Source of the DNA: Selaginella moellendorffii
Lineage: Eukaryota; Plantae; Lycopodiophyta
Assembly: GCF_000143415.4 (NCBI RefSeq)
Contig: NW_003314283.1
Coordinates: 382,752-446,751 of the forward strand
Length of the DNA stretch: 64,000 nt
Direction: 5' to 3'
The number at the start of each line of letters is the position of its first letter. The stretch's first letter is position 1. Below the pieces are notes generated by a model that searched no databases, was not told where the DNA came from, and saw only the letters and a program-made list of their open reading frames with translations. The position numbers and the translations under genes were made by a program. Shown here piece by piece: positions 22,462 through 33,344 of the stretch.

Positions 22462-23772
22462 ATGTGGTCGCTAGAGCCCAGCTTCTTCGATGAGCATGGA
22501 GCGCTTGTAAGTGATCTTCCAGCGCTAGATCCAGAAGATGCAGCTGCATGGCTCTCCGCTTCCACCACTTTCTCGACATTGAGCATCACGGCATCGGTGA
22601 GGGGCGCTGTTTTGCGATCTGTGAATGCCGAACAGCGTTATAGGCAATTGCACAGGGTGGAAAAGGAAAACAAGTACCCTGGCTGGATGCTACTCAAAGT
22701 GGTGCTTGCGGAAGTGCATTATCTTTTGTTCGACAAAGCTGGGGCGCAGCAGCGGCTGCTGGATGTCCAAGATGCCATAGGGCGTGGTAAGGATGAGCAG
22801 CTGGACAGGGCCGTGCTGGAGCTTTCCAAGCTTATCCAGGAGGAGGACGATGGAGATGAAGATGACGAAGAGGCGGAGGTGGAAGAAGGCATGCAAGTCA
22901 CTTCCTATGTGCGACCTCAACCTTTCTCGTCTGTTCCGTGTTCGTGGAGTGCGGAGGAGATTCGGCACAAGTGGCAGACGAGAACAGAAGTTGATATTGC
23001 TGAGTTTGGCCGCTACGCAGCCATCACCACAAACGTCCTGGAAGGAGTGTTTTCGCTTGAGGGTCGCAGCTTGTCGCGGCTGGTCAAGCGTGGATTCGAC
23101 GTTGACTCGATCGAGGGTATTCCTGTCACCAGTTGCATCAAGAGGAAGGCCAAGAGGAAGGCCAAGAGGGAGGCCAAGAGGGAGGCCAAGATCGTGCAAA
23201 TCCTGGAGAACACACAGTCCTGCTTCGAATACCTCATGAAGAATTCTGCTGCTTTCAATGACTCGACGATCCAAGATGTACACAAGAGACTTATGGAGGA
23301 AAACAATCTCAACCACAAGGTTGACAATGGTCGGTTTTATGCTTGTCTCGTGCCTTGTGGCAGCTACCGCCGAGTTCCATGCTATACAACCAATGGCAAC
23401 TTGGAAACTCGATTTTGTCCTTGGAGGCAGATCCCTACGGAGATGCAGTGGTTCTTTGAAGAGGCTCGGCAAGCAATGTCCGACGACTCTGCTGATCCAT
23501 TCTTGGTGTCTGCCTGGCTACACATCGCGTTTCTCAGCATTCACCCCTTTGCTGATGGTAATGGTCGGGTGGGCCGAATGATTTCCTCTCTTCCACTTGT
23601 CAAGGCAGGGCTCCCCCCTGTTGTGGTATCTTTCGAGCAGAAGCGGAAGAAGAAGTACTTCGCTGCACTGATAGAAGCTCGTAAGTCGGGTGATCTAGTA
23701 CCGCTGGCTTCGTTTCTGAAGGAAGAGGTTGAGCTAGCGATCATTCACATCTCCAATTTGGATGATGCTTGA
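22462..23772 (+). CDS. Fic/Fido-domain protein (putative AMPylase), copy B, intact and intronless
   Basis: Canonical HPFADGNGRVGR motif, with an upstream TNVLEG matching the (S/T)xxxE(G/N) inhibitory motif. Confidence 0.92.
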   Translation: MWSLEPSFFDEHGALVSDLPALDPEDAAAWLSASTTFSTLSITASVRGAVLRSVNAEQRYRQLHRVEKENKYPGWMLLKVVLAEVHYLLFDKAGAQQRLLDVQDAIGRGKDEQLDRAVLELSKLIQEEDDGDEDDEEAEVEEGMQVTSYVRPQPFSSVPCSWSAEEIRHKWQTRTEVDIAEFGRYAAITTNVLEGVFSLEGRSLSRLVKRGFDVDSIEGIPVTSCIKRKAKRKAKREAKREAKIVQILENTQSCFEYLMKNSAAFNDSTIQDVHKRLMEENNLNHKVDNGRFYACLVPCGSYRRVPCYTTNGNLETRFCPWRQIPTEMQWFFEEARQAMSDDSADPFLVSAWLHIAFLSIHPFADGNGRVGRMISSLPLVKAGLPPVVVSFEQKRKKKYFAALIEARKSGDLVPLASFLKEEVELAIIHISNLDDA

Positions 23773-24534
23773 TCTTGTCTTGAATTCGTAATTTCCTATT
23801 AAGCAATTTCGATCTCTTTTTTCAAGACTAAGCTTTAATTTCCATTAGAAATTCAGCTCGACAACCAGAGTTGATTGGCATCAGTAAAAGAGTTTCTTTG
23901 CAAATTGCAAGAGTCGAGTCTTGTTTCTTCTCAGGGCATCATCCCCGATCCATAGGAAGCGCCTGCAACTCACGTTGCTAGGGTCCCTGCCAGTACAGTG
24001 CTCATGCGGGCAGCTGGAGCTGCACAGATCCAGACGCTTGCTGCAACGCGGGAGAGGTTCTGACGAAGGTCATCAAGGTTCTGTAAACACTTGGTAGTGA
24101 CCTGGGATTGATGCCAGGTTGCGTCGTGTAGCAGCAGCACACTTGGGAGATTTCACAGTGCATGGCTCTAGAGCTGGAACTCACACTTCGCAACACTCAC
24201 TCAAGAGCTGGTGCAAATTGAACCTGTTTATTTTATGATCAGGAGAGCAGGTTGCATGGTATATGAGAGGAATTATCCCTTTCCATTGAGGTAAGAATTG
24301 CCACTTAAATGCTAAAAACAAATGATAAGAAAGGAATTAAAAGGCAACAAAGTTTGCCATGCTAGAGGTTGCACAGTTGCACATATGATAACTCCGTCCA
24401 TCTATTGGTGGATTTTAAAATTATTTTAATTTGGACTTTATGTATGGTTTAGTAAGCATGTCTCTTCAACACGTGATGATCATCTACTTAAACAATAAAA
24501 ATTTATTATCCTTTTAGATTAATTAATTGAGTAG

Positions 24535-25480
24535 ATTATATTACTTATTATTTCTTTTCCATTATGCATTTTAGCACCACCACCATTTGAATATATATTT
24601 CCTGATCAGCCTATGACGCTTTACTCCAGTGATCCTGATGCACTATCTCGAGATAATTTTAAAGCTATATTGAAGAATATAGATGAATATATTGACTCCC
24701 TGAAAAGAGAAGAAACTCTTCCAACAAAAAGTTACTCAAGAACGTTTTATATTACTGATAATGTATATTGTATTTTAACATTATGGATTCATTTGCCACT
24801 GGGTTTTAATGCAAAAGAACCTACTTATACATTATGCAAGATAATCCCACTACAATATGGATATAATGGATATGAAGCTTATAATATTTTTCGCAGGCTT
24901 CGGGATTATATTTCCACGAATGCGTAAAGACCAAAATAAAAGGTATTTTGGAGAATTTGAAGCTAATTTTAGAAATTTTGCTATGCAATATGATATTTAT
25001 GGTTCACATCCTCCAACATTTTATAATAATTTTATTATTGAGAACAATACTTATCATAAACTTAATAATTATGATGGTTATTGTGATATTTATAGATCAT
25101 CTCTTATTGGTGGTGATATTAACAAACATGGATCTACCATATTAAATGGAAATAGCTTAGTCTCACCATACACAAATTATAGATTGACAATGAAAAATTG
25201 TCAATTATTCTTTTATCAAATTAAAAGTAAACAAACTATCTGGAAAAGTAAAGAGTTTAATTTATTGACTTCAAACAAAGACATTAATTCAGAAATCTTA
25301 AATGATTGTTTTGCACATCTAGACAGAACTGGCCATTTGACTATAGTAAATAATAACTTTGTAATATGGGAATTAATATCACAACATTCTAAATATCAAG
25401 CAGGATTAGAAGTATCAGATAATGGCTATCTTTATATTTATGATACAGAGAAAGGTGAAATTTTATGGTCAGTTCATTAA
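24535..25480 (+). pseudogene. B-lectin-like gene, copy B
   Basis: Paralog of 17735-18691. The start codon region is deleted and an 11-bp deletion near 24925 shifts the frame. Confidence 0.75.
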
Positions 25481-26372
25481 TTATATTCTTAAAATCTCTA
25501 ACAAATTGAAGTTAAGAGTTTGCTTCTGTAATGATTTGATTTTAGTATAATTAATATTCCTAAAATATCCATTACTCGATTAATCATACTTATTAACACA
25601 TAATTAAGAAATATAAATAGAAATATAATGTTTCATCCAGTGCTCAGTTTCTCGTGAAAACTCTTGAAGGAAATGGCTTGACAAAAGAAATCCTCGTCAC
25701 ACCCATGGAAATAATATTGACAATATATATCCCCTAAAAGTGTATATGTTCGCTTTAACTATTTTTTCCTACCTAGAGAACTTGCAAGAGAAAATGTTGC
25801 TCTCTTTTTACTGCCACTAGAATTGCTCAATTCGTCGGGTCCTTCCCATGGACCCTATTGTTTCTGATAGAATCTGCTAGATTCCCCGCGTATATAATAT
25901 TTCTTTGTCGTGAAAATGGGAGTAAACGCGCATCCAAAAGTCTTTCTTTGCCACGACTTCCTGCGTTCGATTATTTTGCTCTCGAGTCTTCACGGCTACG
26001 CGTCACAGAAATTGGACCAGCGACTGGTCAGTGACCACTGTTTACGCCCTTGATTTTCCTCGAAGGCGATTGTAGCGAAATATATTCTCGCTATGCCGCA
26101 GTGTTCCTTATCTAGGGCTAGATCAGCGAGCTGGATTCTCGCAGGAAAGATCGCGCGGCCGGCCAGGAATCGGCGCCGATGGAGGTGAGAATTCGAGGCG
26201 CCGGCAGGTTTTCACAAGATCGGCATCGAATTGCTACCTAGGGAAGAAGATCTCCAAGAATTCGCAAGGATTTTGCTAGATCGTGTCGAATTCCTGGTGG
26301 ATAGGTGAAATATCGCGCGGCAAGCTGAGGTAGAGCCGATAATCCATCGAATTCCAGCCGGATCTGGGAGCT

Positions 26373-27632
26373 ATGGCGCACGATAACGACTATGAAAGAT
26401 CTTCGCCGGCCGCCGTCAACACCAGGATCATGGTCGCGGCAGTGGTGGTGCTGTTCGTGGTCGTGCTCTTCATCCTCTTCTTGCACATCTACGCGCGCTG
26501 GTTCTGGCGTAGCGCCAGGCTCAGGGCTGCCGCGAGGGGCGGATCAGGCGGCCGGGCTTGGTCGCGGCGATTTGGCAGGCGGAGGAGAATGCGATTCACG
26601 GTCGAGCCCGGGATTGCCGCCAACGGCGTGGTGGTGCCGAGCAAGGGATTGGACAAGGAGGTGCTGGAATCGCTCCCCATCTTCTTCTACACGAAGAAAG
26701 ATGGAGAGGTGGTCAAAGAAGGCGACCGCGAAGAGGAGGAGGAGGAGGAGATCTTGGAGTGTGCCGTGTGCTTGTCCGAGTTTGAGGAGAACGAAGCTGG
26801 GCGGAGGCTACCAAAATGCGGCCATGTCTTCCACACCGAGTGCATCGATATGTGGTTCTCTTCCCACTCGACGTGCCCGCTGTGTAGAACCAGCGTGGGA
26901 TTGGAGGCTTCCAGCGATCGAGATCGAGACCTCGAGCGAGGCGAGGCCGCGGAAGCTATAGCGGTGGAGGGTGGAAGCAGCAACGGGTCTCAAGGCGAGC
27001 AGCTGCTACGAGAGGCTGCGGTATCGGGTCTGATCACTGGCACGAATGCTTCTCCAGCGGTTTCCAGCACAGGTGGTACTACTGCTATAGCAATTCAGAT
27101 CCTCCAGGACGAAGGAGCGATTCTACTCCAGGAGCAAAGCGGTCCTTCGTCAAGCTCGTCGGGATTGAAAGGTCAGTCATCTCAGCAGCAGCACTTTCCA
27201 GCCAGCGTTTTGTTCTGGGGGAATCGCTCGTATACAAACTCCAACAGTGCTACAGTTGGTTCTTCGTCGGCGGCGGCATCTCAACAACAACAAGAACAGC
27301 ACGAGACGGCGACGACGACTGTTGCTACTGCCGCGTCTTACACGCCATCGCCCAAGAAGCAGCGACGCGAGCTCATCATCGATGTCCCTCGTCGATCCGC
27401 CGCCAACTTCTCGTCGGCGTGCTCCTCGCAGTTGCCTTCGCCCAATTCGGCAGAAGGTGGGGGGCAAAGATCCCCGCTGGGAGCGCACCTCCGGAGCATC
27501 AAGAGACTCCTGAGCAGGGACTCGAGGCGCGACACTTCGCCATCTCCAGTCGGACGAGATTGCTGTGAATCATCGCAGTATCACTCGGCTTGTCACACGC
27601 CGGGATCCATCACCCCGACATCACAGTGCTGA
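26373..27632 (+). CDS. ATL-family RING-H2 E3 ubiquitin ligase
   Basis: N-terminal TM helix, basic region, GLD motif and CAVCLSEF...CGHVFHTECIDMWFSSHSTCPLCR. Intronless. Confidence 0.95.
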   Translation: MAHDNDYERSSPAAVNTRIMVAAVVVLFVVVLFILFLHIYARWFWRSARLRAAARGGSGGRAWSRRFGRRRRMRFTVEPGIAANGVVVPSKGLDKEVLESLPIFFYTKKDGEVVKEGDREEEEEEEILECAVCLSEFEENEAGRRLPKCGHVFHTECIDMWFSSHSTCPLCRTSVGLEASSDRDRDLERGEAAEAIAVEGGSSNGSQGEQLLREAAVSGLITGTNASPAVSSTGGTTAIAIQILQDEGAILLQEQSGPSSSSSGLKGQSSQQQHFPASVLFWGNRSYTNSNSATVGSSSAAASQQQQEQHETATTTVATAASYTPSPKKQRRELIIDVPRRSAANFSSACSSQLPSPNSAEGGGQRSPLGAHLRSIKRLLSRDSRRDTSPSPVGRDCCESSQYHSACHTPGSITPTSQC

Positions 27633-27902
27633 TTTTTAAAACTCTGGTGAGTTTTTTGTTTTTCTGTTTCAAGCAGATATTCTTAGGTGACGCGTTTCTC
27701 TTTCTTCTCTGTTATGAACAGTTAGCATACGGAAGTTTGCATCGATACGTTAACTGTAAACAAAACAGTGTCCTCGTAACCAGCGGTTCGTTGAACTACT
27801 TCATACAAATTGAGCGAAAAAGTTTTGGCTTTGCATTACAGGAACCAAGAATATGAGCGAAAGAGAGAAAAAAAAAAAAAAAAACAGAGAAATCCTGTGC
27901 GA

Positions 27903-29084
27903 CTAGAGACTGAACCTGCCGCTGAGGCTCTCGATCCACGAGGAAGACTGGAAGATGATGCTGTGCATCCGCGCCTCGTCCTCGCGGATCCGCCGCCGCT
28001 TGCTCCGCAGCTCCTCCTTCCGCCGCTGGAGCTCCTTGTTCACCTCCTGCAAGCTCACCTCGATGTACTGGAGAGACTTCTCCTCCTCCTCGAGGCTCAC
28101 TTGGCCGGGGCCGCCAACGATGGCACTGGGACAGGTCGGGGAGGCGCTCCGGAGCTGCTGGACCCGCTCGATGAGCGACGAGGAGGCGGTGGTGGCGGTG
28201 GCGGAGTTTGGAGGAGCGGCGTTCCCAGCGGCGGCGCCATTGATGGAGCAGCCGAGCTGGAAGTCGGAGAGTGGGAGGTTGCAAGCGCCGACGCTGGCAT
28301 ACGGTTTGAAGGGGCGGGTGGTGGCGGCGGTGGTGGTACCGGCGGCGGTAGCGGTGGCGGCGGCGGTGGGCGATACCGGGGCGCTGCTGCAGCTGTTGAT
28401 GACGAGCGGCGGCGAGTTTTGCTCGTCCGAGGTGAGCGTCCCGGAGTTGGGCGGCGAGGAGGTGGGCGAGAGCGTGGACGAGTGGGAGTGGCCGGCGGGC
28501 GAGCGTGGCGGCGGCGGCGGCGGCGCCACCGCGTTGACGATGGGGATGGTGAGCAGCGGCGTCGACTGCGTGCGCTTGCGCGAGATGCTGCGGATGGGCT
28601 TGGAGTAGCAGGGCGCGCAGAGCGGCGGCGAGGCGGAGGAGGAGGGCGAGTCGGGGCCGAAGTGCGGCGTGAAGCAGATGCAAAAGAGGCGATTGTCGCA
28701 CTTGGAGCTGAGCAGCGAGATGGCGAGCTTGAACGAGGCGCGGCCGGACACCATCCGCGTGGGGCGCTCCTGGGCGGGGAACTCCACGCCGTTGAAGGTG
28801 GTGAAGAGCGGCGGCTCCGCAAGGAAGGGCTTGTCGTCGCGCACCACGGGGGAGTGGTCGTGGGCGTAGGCCACCGACGCGACGATGGTCACGTCCTTGG
28901 TCACGTTGGCAGCCAGGTTGCCCGACTCGTCCAGGAGGTGGACGTTGAGCACGAACTTCCGGCGGCACGACGCCTTGCCCCCGAGCACGGTGAGGACGTC
29001 CGAGCTCTTGCCGATGCCCATGGCCTCGGACGCCACCGACGCGACCAGGCGGTAGGGCAGTGGAGAAGCTGCCGCCGCCACCAT
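27903..29084 (-). CDS. STATL/CudA-like core-domain protein lacking SH2, with a C-terminal coiled coil
   Basis: GVEFPAQERPTRMVSGRASFKLAISLLSSKCDNRLFCICF and PIRSISR resemble the central domain of plant SH2-domain proteins (recalled similarity). Confidence 0.7.
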   Translation of the reverse strand: MVAAAASPLPYRLVASVASEAMGIGKSSDVLTVLGGKASCRRKFVLNVHLLDESGNLAANVTKDVTIVASVAYAHDHSPVVRDDKPFLAEPPLFTTFNGVEFPAQERPTRMVSGRASFKLAISLLSSKCDNRLFCICFTPHFGPDSPSSSASPPLCAPCYSKPIRSISRKRTQSTPLLTIPIVNAVAPPPPPPRSPAGHSHSSTLSPTSSPPNSGTLTSDEQNSPPLVINSCSSAPVSPTAAATATAAGTTTAATTRPFKPYASVGACNLPLSDFQLGCSINGAAAGNAAPPNSATATTASSSLIERVQQLRSASPTCPSAIVGGPGQVSLEEEEKSLQYIEVSLQEVNKELQRRKEELRSKRRRIREDEARMHSIIFQSSSWIESLSGRFSL

Positions 29085-29529
29085 TTCTCTCTCTTTCTCT
29101 ACTCTCTCCTCTCTCCTCTTTTTCTCTCTCTTCTTCTCTCACTGTGAAACTTTAACCCTTCTACCGTTTGCTCACAACCCACACGGTTTACCGCAACCGC
29201 CAGTCTCCAGGCTAAACCGTAACTGTTCATGAACAGTTAGGGCTTCTATACAACATTATCTATAATGGTTAAAAGGAAGTCTAGGGCATGCTTAAAGGAA
29301 TGCACATAGATATCTTCTCTATCTAATTGCTAAGTTGGAGTCTTGAATGCTGAAAGAGGTCGGGCCTTGAAATGAAAGGTGGTCGCTTGGAAGGAGGGGC
29401 AGCAGCCACTTCTGCAGGCGGCAGAGAGTTCCCGAAGCAAAAGAGCAGCGTCTCCAGCGTTGAACTCGAAAGTTCTAGTGTTGAATCATCCAAATTGGAG
29501 ATGTGAATGATCGCTAGCTCAACTTCTTC

Positions 29530-30350
29530 CTTCAGAAACGAAGTCTATCAGTGAGTACTTCCGCTCCCACTCCAAAGATACCACGACAGGGGGGAGCCCT
29601 GCCTTGACAGGAAATCATTCCGCCCACCCGGGAGTGGCTGTTCAGCCTGTGCAACCTGTCAAGGAGAGCGTGGAGAGGAAAGTTGTGGCGACCAAGAAAC
29701 GGAAGGTCGTTGTCACGGGAATGGGGGTTGTGTCCTGCCTTGGACATGAGCCGGATGCTTTAAACGAGAATTTGCTCAGCGGCACGAGTGGAATAACAGA
29801 GATTGAGAAGTTCATAACTTTGAGATCACTATTGGGCCACTGCCTTCTCAATGCAGAGCAAGATACCCGCGCCTGCTTGAACACAAGAAATTATAAAAAA
29901 GAAGAAAATAAAAACGCATAAGCATAACAGGTTCTGTCATGTGATACGCATCGCAAGTCGAACTTCCGCCTAGAAACTCCGCATATATCTCAGCACCTCA
30001 CCTCTGCATTGTTTAGATTGTTCACACTCCTCGACTGCCCATCACAAACGCGTATTGCCCCTGCCAATCCATTGCATCCAACGGGGGCGAAGCTCTTGTT
30101 GGTTCGTTGTTGCGCTGAGACAATGCCCTGCAGGCAACAAATCCTCAGTATAATGGATGAAGTTGAGCAGTGAGTTCACGCAGCAACGGTGGACACATAG
30201 TGTCCAGAATGACATACCAATAGGGATGATGGCTGCATCAGATCCACCAGCGATGTGCAGTAAGGTTTTCTATGATTGTGTCAAAAATATTCTAACTCGA
30301 TCAACTCTCTCGCAATAGTTGCAGGCCGTCCCCATCCATCCCTGGTCAGA
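29530..30350. pseudogene. Scrambled 3-ketoacyl-ACP synthase II (KASII) pseudogene
   Basis: Plus strand: RKVVVTGMGVVSCLGHEPD...SGITEIEKF. Minus strand: GWMG..TAC, AGGSDAAIIPIG, ALSQRNNEPTRAS, AEIYAEFLGGSSTCDAYHMTEP and GAGILLCIEKA. Confidence 0.8.
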
Positions 30351-31782
30351 ACATGAAATCCGTTAACTTTGTGTTTCGCAGAATCATTCTTAGCCGTGTT
30401 CATCCTCCTTGGCACTGGCCTCGTCGGCAGCACCAGTGCCTGTGTTGCACACTCTTCAAAGCCCTTCTCTTATTTCCCGTCAATGTTACAATTCTCCATG
30501 GATAACCACCCTATGGCGTGCTATTCGTAAACCGCATGAGGATATACCTATCATGGCCTCTTGGACGGAGCACAATTTTTTTTGTTGTTCCCACTTTAAG
30601 ATAGAACATGCACCTGATTGCTATGAGCTGCATAAAATCTTCCCATACCACCACTTCCAAGATTCAAACTAGATCTTCTTACTGGAACCTGAGATGAGCC
30701 TATTTTAATTTTGATCGAGACATTGAGCATGCCATACGTTCCAGAGCTCAAGAATTACATTGGAGAGGGGGCAAATCGTTGGATCTGTATCAATGTGATC
30801 TAGAGCAAACTACTTTAATGGCTGTAGAGGCTTGTCACTACGTGGGAAGCGAGCACTCCCATGAAGAAGCACAGCAATTGCGTGCTCGAGCACTGGAAGG
30901 AATCTCTTGGTGGATCCGACCATGACTGTGACTAAGCTCTACGAGCCGGGCCTTCAGCCTGGCCGCGTTCACGTCCTGGTCGTTGTTCGTCTACGCATCC
31001 GGGTTTGTTGTCTTCGTGGTGCCCGAGATCAAAGGCAGAAGCCAAGCGAATTCATGCCGCGCTTCTAAGTTCCAAGATCTACAGCGCTCCTCAATCCCTG
31101 AGATGTGTGATCATTACTGGAGTTCTTTCGCATCTCAGGGCAGAAATTGACAAGGGTTAAGAGAGTATGCGAGTGAGAAACCCGTCTCCAAATCAAACAC
31201 CCAGAGAAAAAGAATGTGAATGTCTGCCAGGTCTCAACATCCAGCGCAGCGACAAAGTGAAGAAAAAAAGTATCTATCTAGATCCTGAATGTTGATCCTC
31301 CGACTTACGTCCTCTCTTATACTGGCCTAAAACTAAGGAAAACGAGCACATTCTAACAGCCAACACGCTGCTCTATCATTTGACTCCTCCACCGACTGAC
31401 ACGGCTTCATGGCAGTAGTCTGCTTGTTTCTCGAAAGCCACAGCAGAGCAACACTAAGCATGAGTGATGCCGATCTCAAGGTCTTTAGAGAAGAGTGCAA
31501 GTGCTAGCTTGTTAGGCAAACTGACACTGCAAACTGGGACGGAGGAATGAAGCCACTGCTGACAAAGATACAAGAAGAATAGCTTTGCTGCGGCTAAGGA
31601 ATGTCATACATAGTCAAAGTATTTTCTGGACGACTAATTCTACCACTACGTCTTACAATACGAAAGCTTTTTTTATGAGGAAGGTGCATTTATTCTTTTA
31701 GTAATTGTATTAATTAGTATAAATAATAATTAATAAGTTTTTATGAATTTAAATGGTATATAAAGTTAAAATTTATGATAAA

Positions 31783-31825
<43 letters not shown>

Positions 31826-33344
31826 TACAATCATGTTTTTTTATAAACTATTATATACATTTTAATTAGAAACAATAACATTTTAAAAACATGACATTAA
31901 TAAGATTAATAATGTTTTTTATTATATCTTAGAGTTAATTCTGAAACTTATTCAATTTCTATCTATAACGGTTCATTAAATGTTATTAATCAATGTGGGT
32001 ATATAATACATATGGAAAACAGTATGATTAATGTAGTGCAAATGATAATACTCTTAAATATGATCACAGAGATAATGTTATAATTCATTTAAATAATTTA
32101 TTAAAAATATATCATGCAACAATATGAAGTATATGAGTAACATTTATTACAATAGTAACTGATTACTGTGCAATTGAGTATATTATTAAAACTTTCATCA
32201 ACCAAAAGCACTTAGAGAAAATCAAAATTCATAACCTTAAAGGATTTTAGAATATATATATATGACAACATGGATTAGTATTTTACCATATTATTATTTA
32301 AGAGCTTCACAATTTTAATTGTCTCCAAATAAAAAATCTCTCCATAATTGTATTTTATATTTATATGTCAGGCATAATTAAAATTGTCTAGAGGATGAGA
32401 TAAATATAAAAATTGTGAATTTAATATTCAAATAAATGGAAATATAGTTTTATATATTAATAGTGATAAAAGTTTTTGGTTTCCAAATATTTTTTGTGGT
32501 ACATTCGTTTATTTTTTATCTTTACAAAATGATTGTATCTTGGGTTTATATGAATTTAATCAAATAAACTTTTCTCAACATCCTTTCATTAAGGTAAGAT
32601 TGTCACATATCCTTGTTAGCATTTAAATTTGAAATAAAACATATATTTTGTAAATAAATATAGTATAACAAAATACACTTATTTAAATTTATCCTTTTAT
32701 AAGTGTACAAGGATTAACTAATTAAATTTTAAAATAAAGAGAATATTGATTTATTTTATTTTTATTATAAATAGAAAAAATTAACCTTCTGCCTAAATGA
32801 CACAAAATATTCTCAAACATATTAATAATTATAACTTTCTATAAGTATTGTATTATCTTTATAATCTGCAAGTAGAAAATATTTAGACAGGAAATCACAA
32901 CTATTATATTATGATATTTTATAAAAAAAAAAAAAAATTCTAGACAATACTACAAAATTGATAGATAGATAGCCGTTGCATCAGACACTAAGAGTAAAAT
33001 TAATCTCAGTATTTCTATATTTTATATTATTTTAAAGCTACCAATAGTTATTACTAATCAACTTATAACCACGAAGTAGCTATAATATCTAGAATATGCC
33101 GTGCGTGCTTGCGTGCTTCTGTATGTCCCACTCAGTGTTTCTGATGCTTCCTGCCAATCAGTGCCGACTTTAAGTTTCTTTTTTCTTCTAATTCGGGAGT
33201 CAACTTGAAAAAGGATGCACAGACTTGTTGACAAGTGGGCTGATATAATGCTTAGTCCACCCAATGTGACATGTATTATGAAACTTTGGTTTGTCTATAC
33301 ATATTATAGACATCAATCAAACCAAAGCAAACAAGCACTGTCAA

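Noticed and set aside
6943-25480. Bacterial contamination or a prophage as the source of the Fic and IS3-like genes
   Set aside because: The transposase and cargo have spliceosomal introns, and the cassette is interleaved with a plant MNS5 gene and a eukaryotic tRNA.
27796-29147. Long overlapping ORFs of 445-448 aa on both strands
   Set aside because: Shadow frames of a GC-rich CDS. Only 27903-29084 has a recognisable domain.
29930-30130. Possible SpoU/TrmH methyltransferase fragment
   Set aside because: Better explained by KASII motifs (ALSQRN, AEFLGGSSTCDAYHMTEP).
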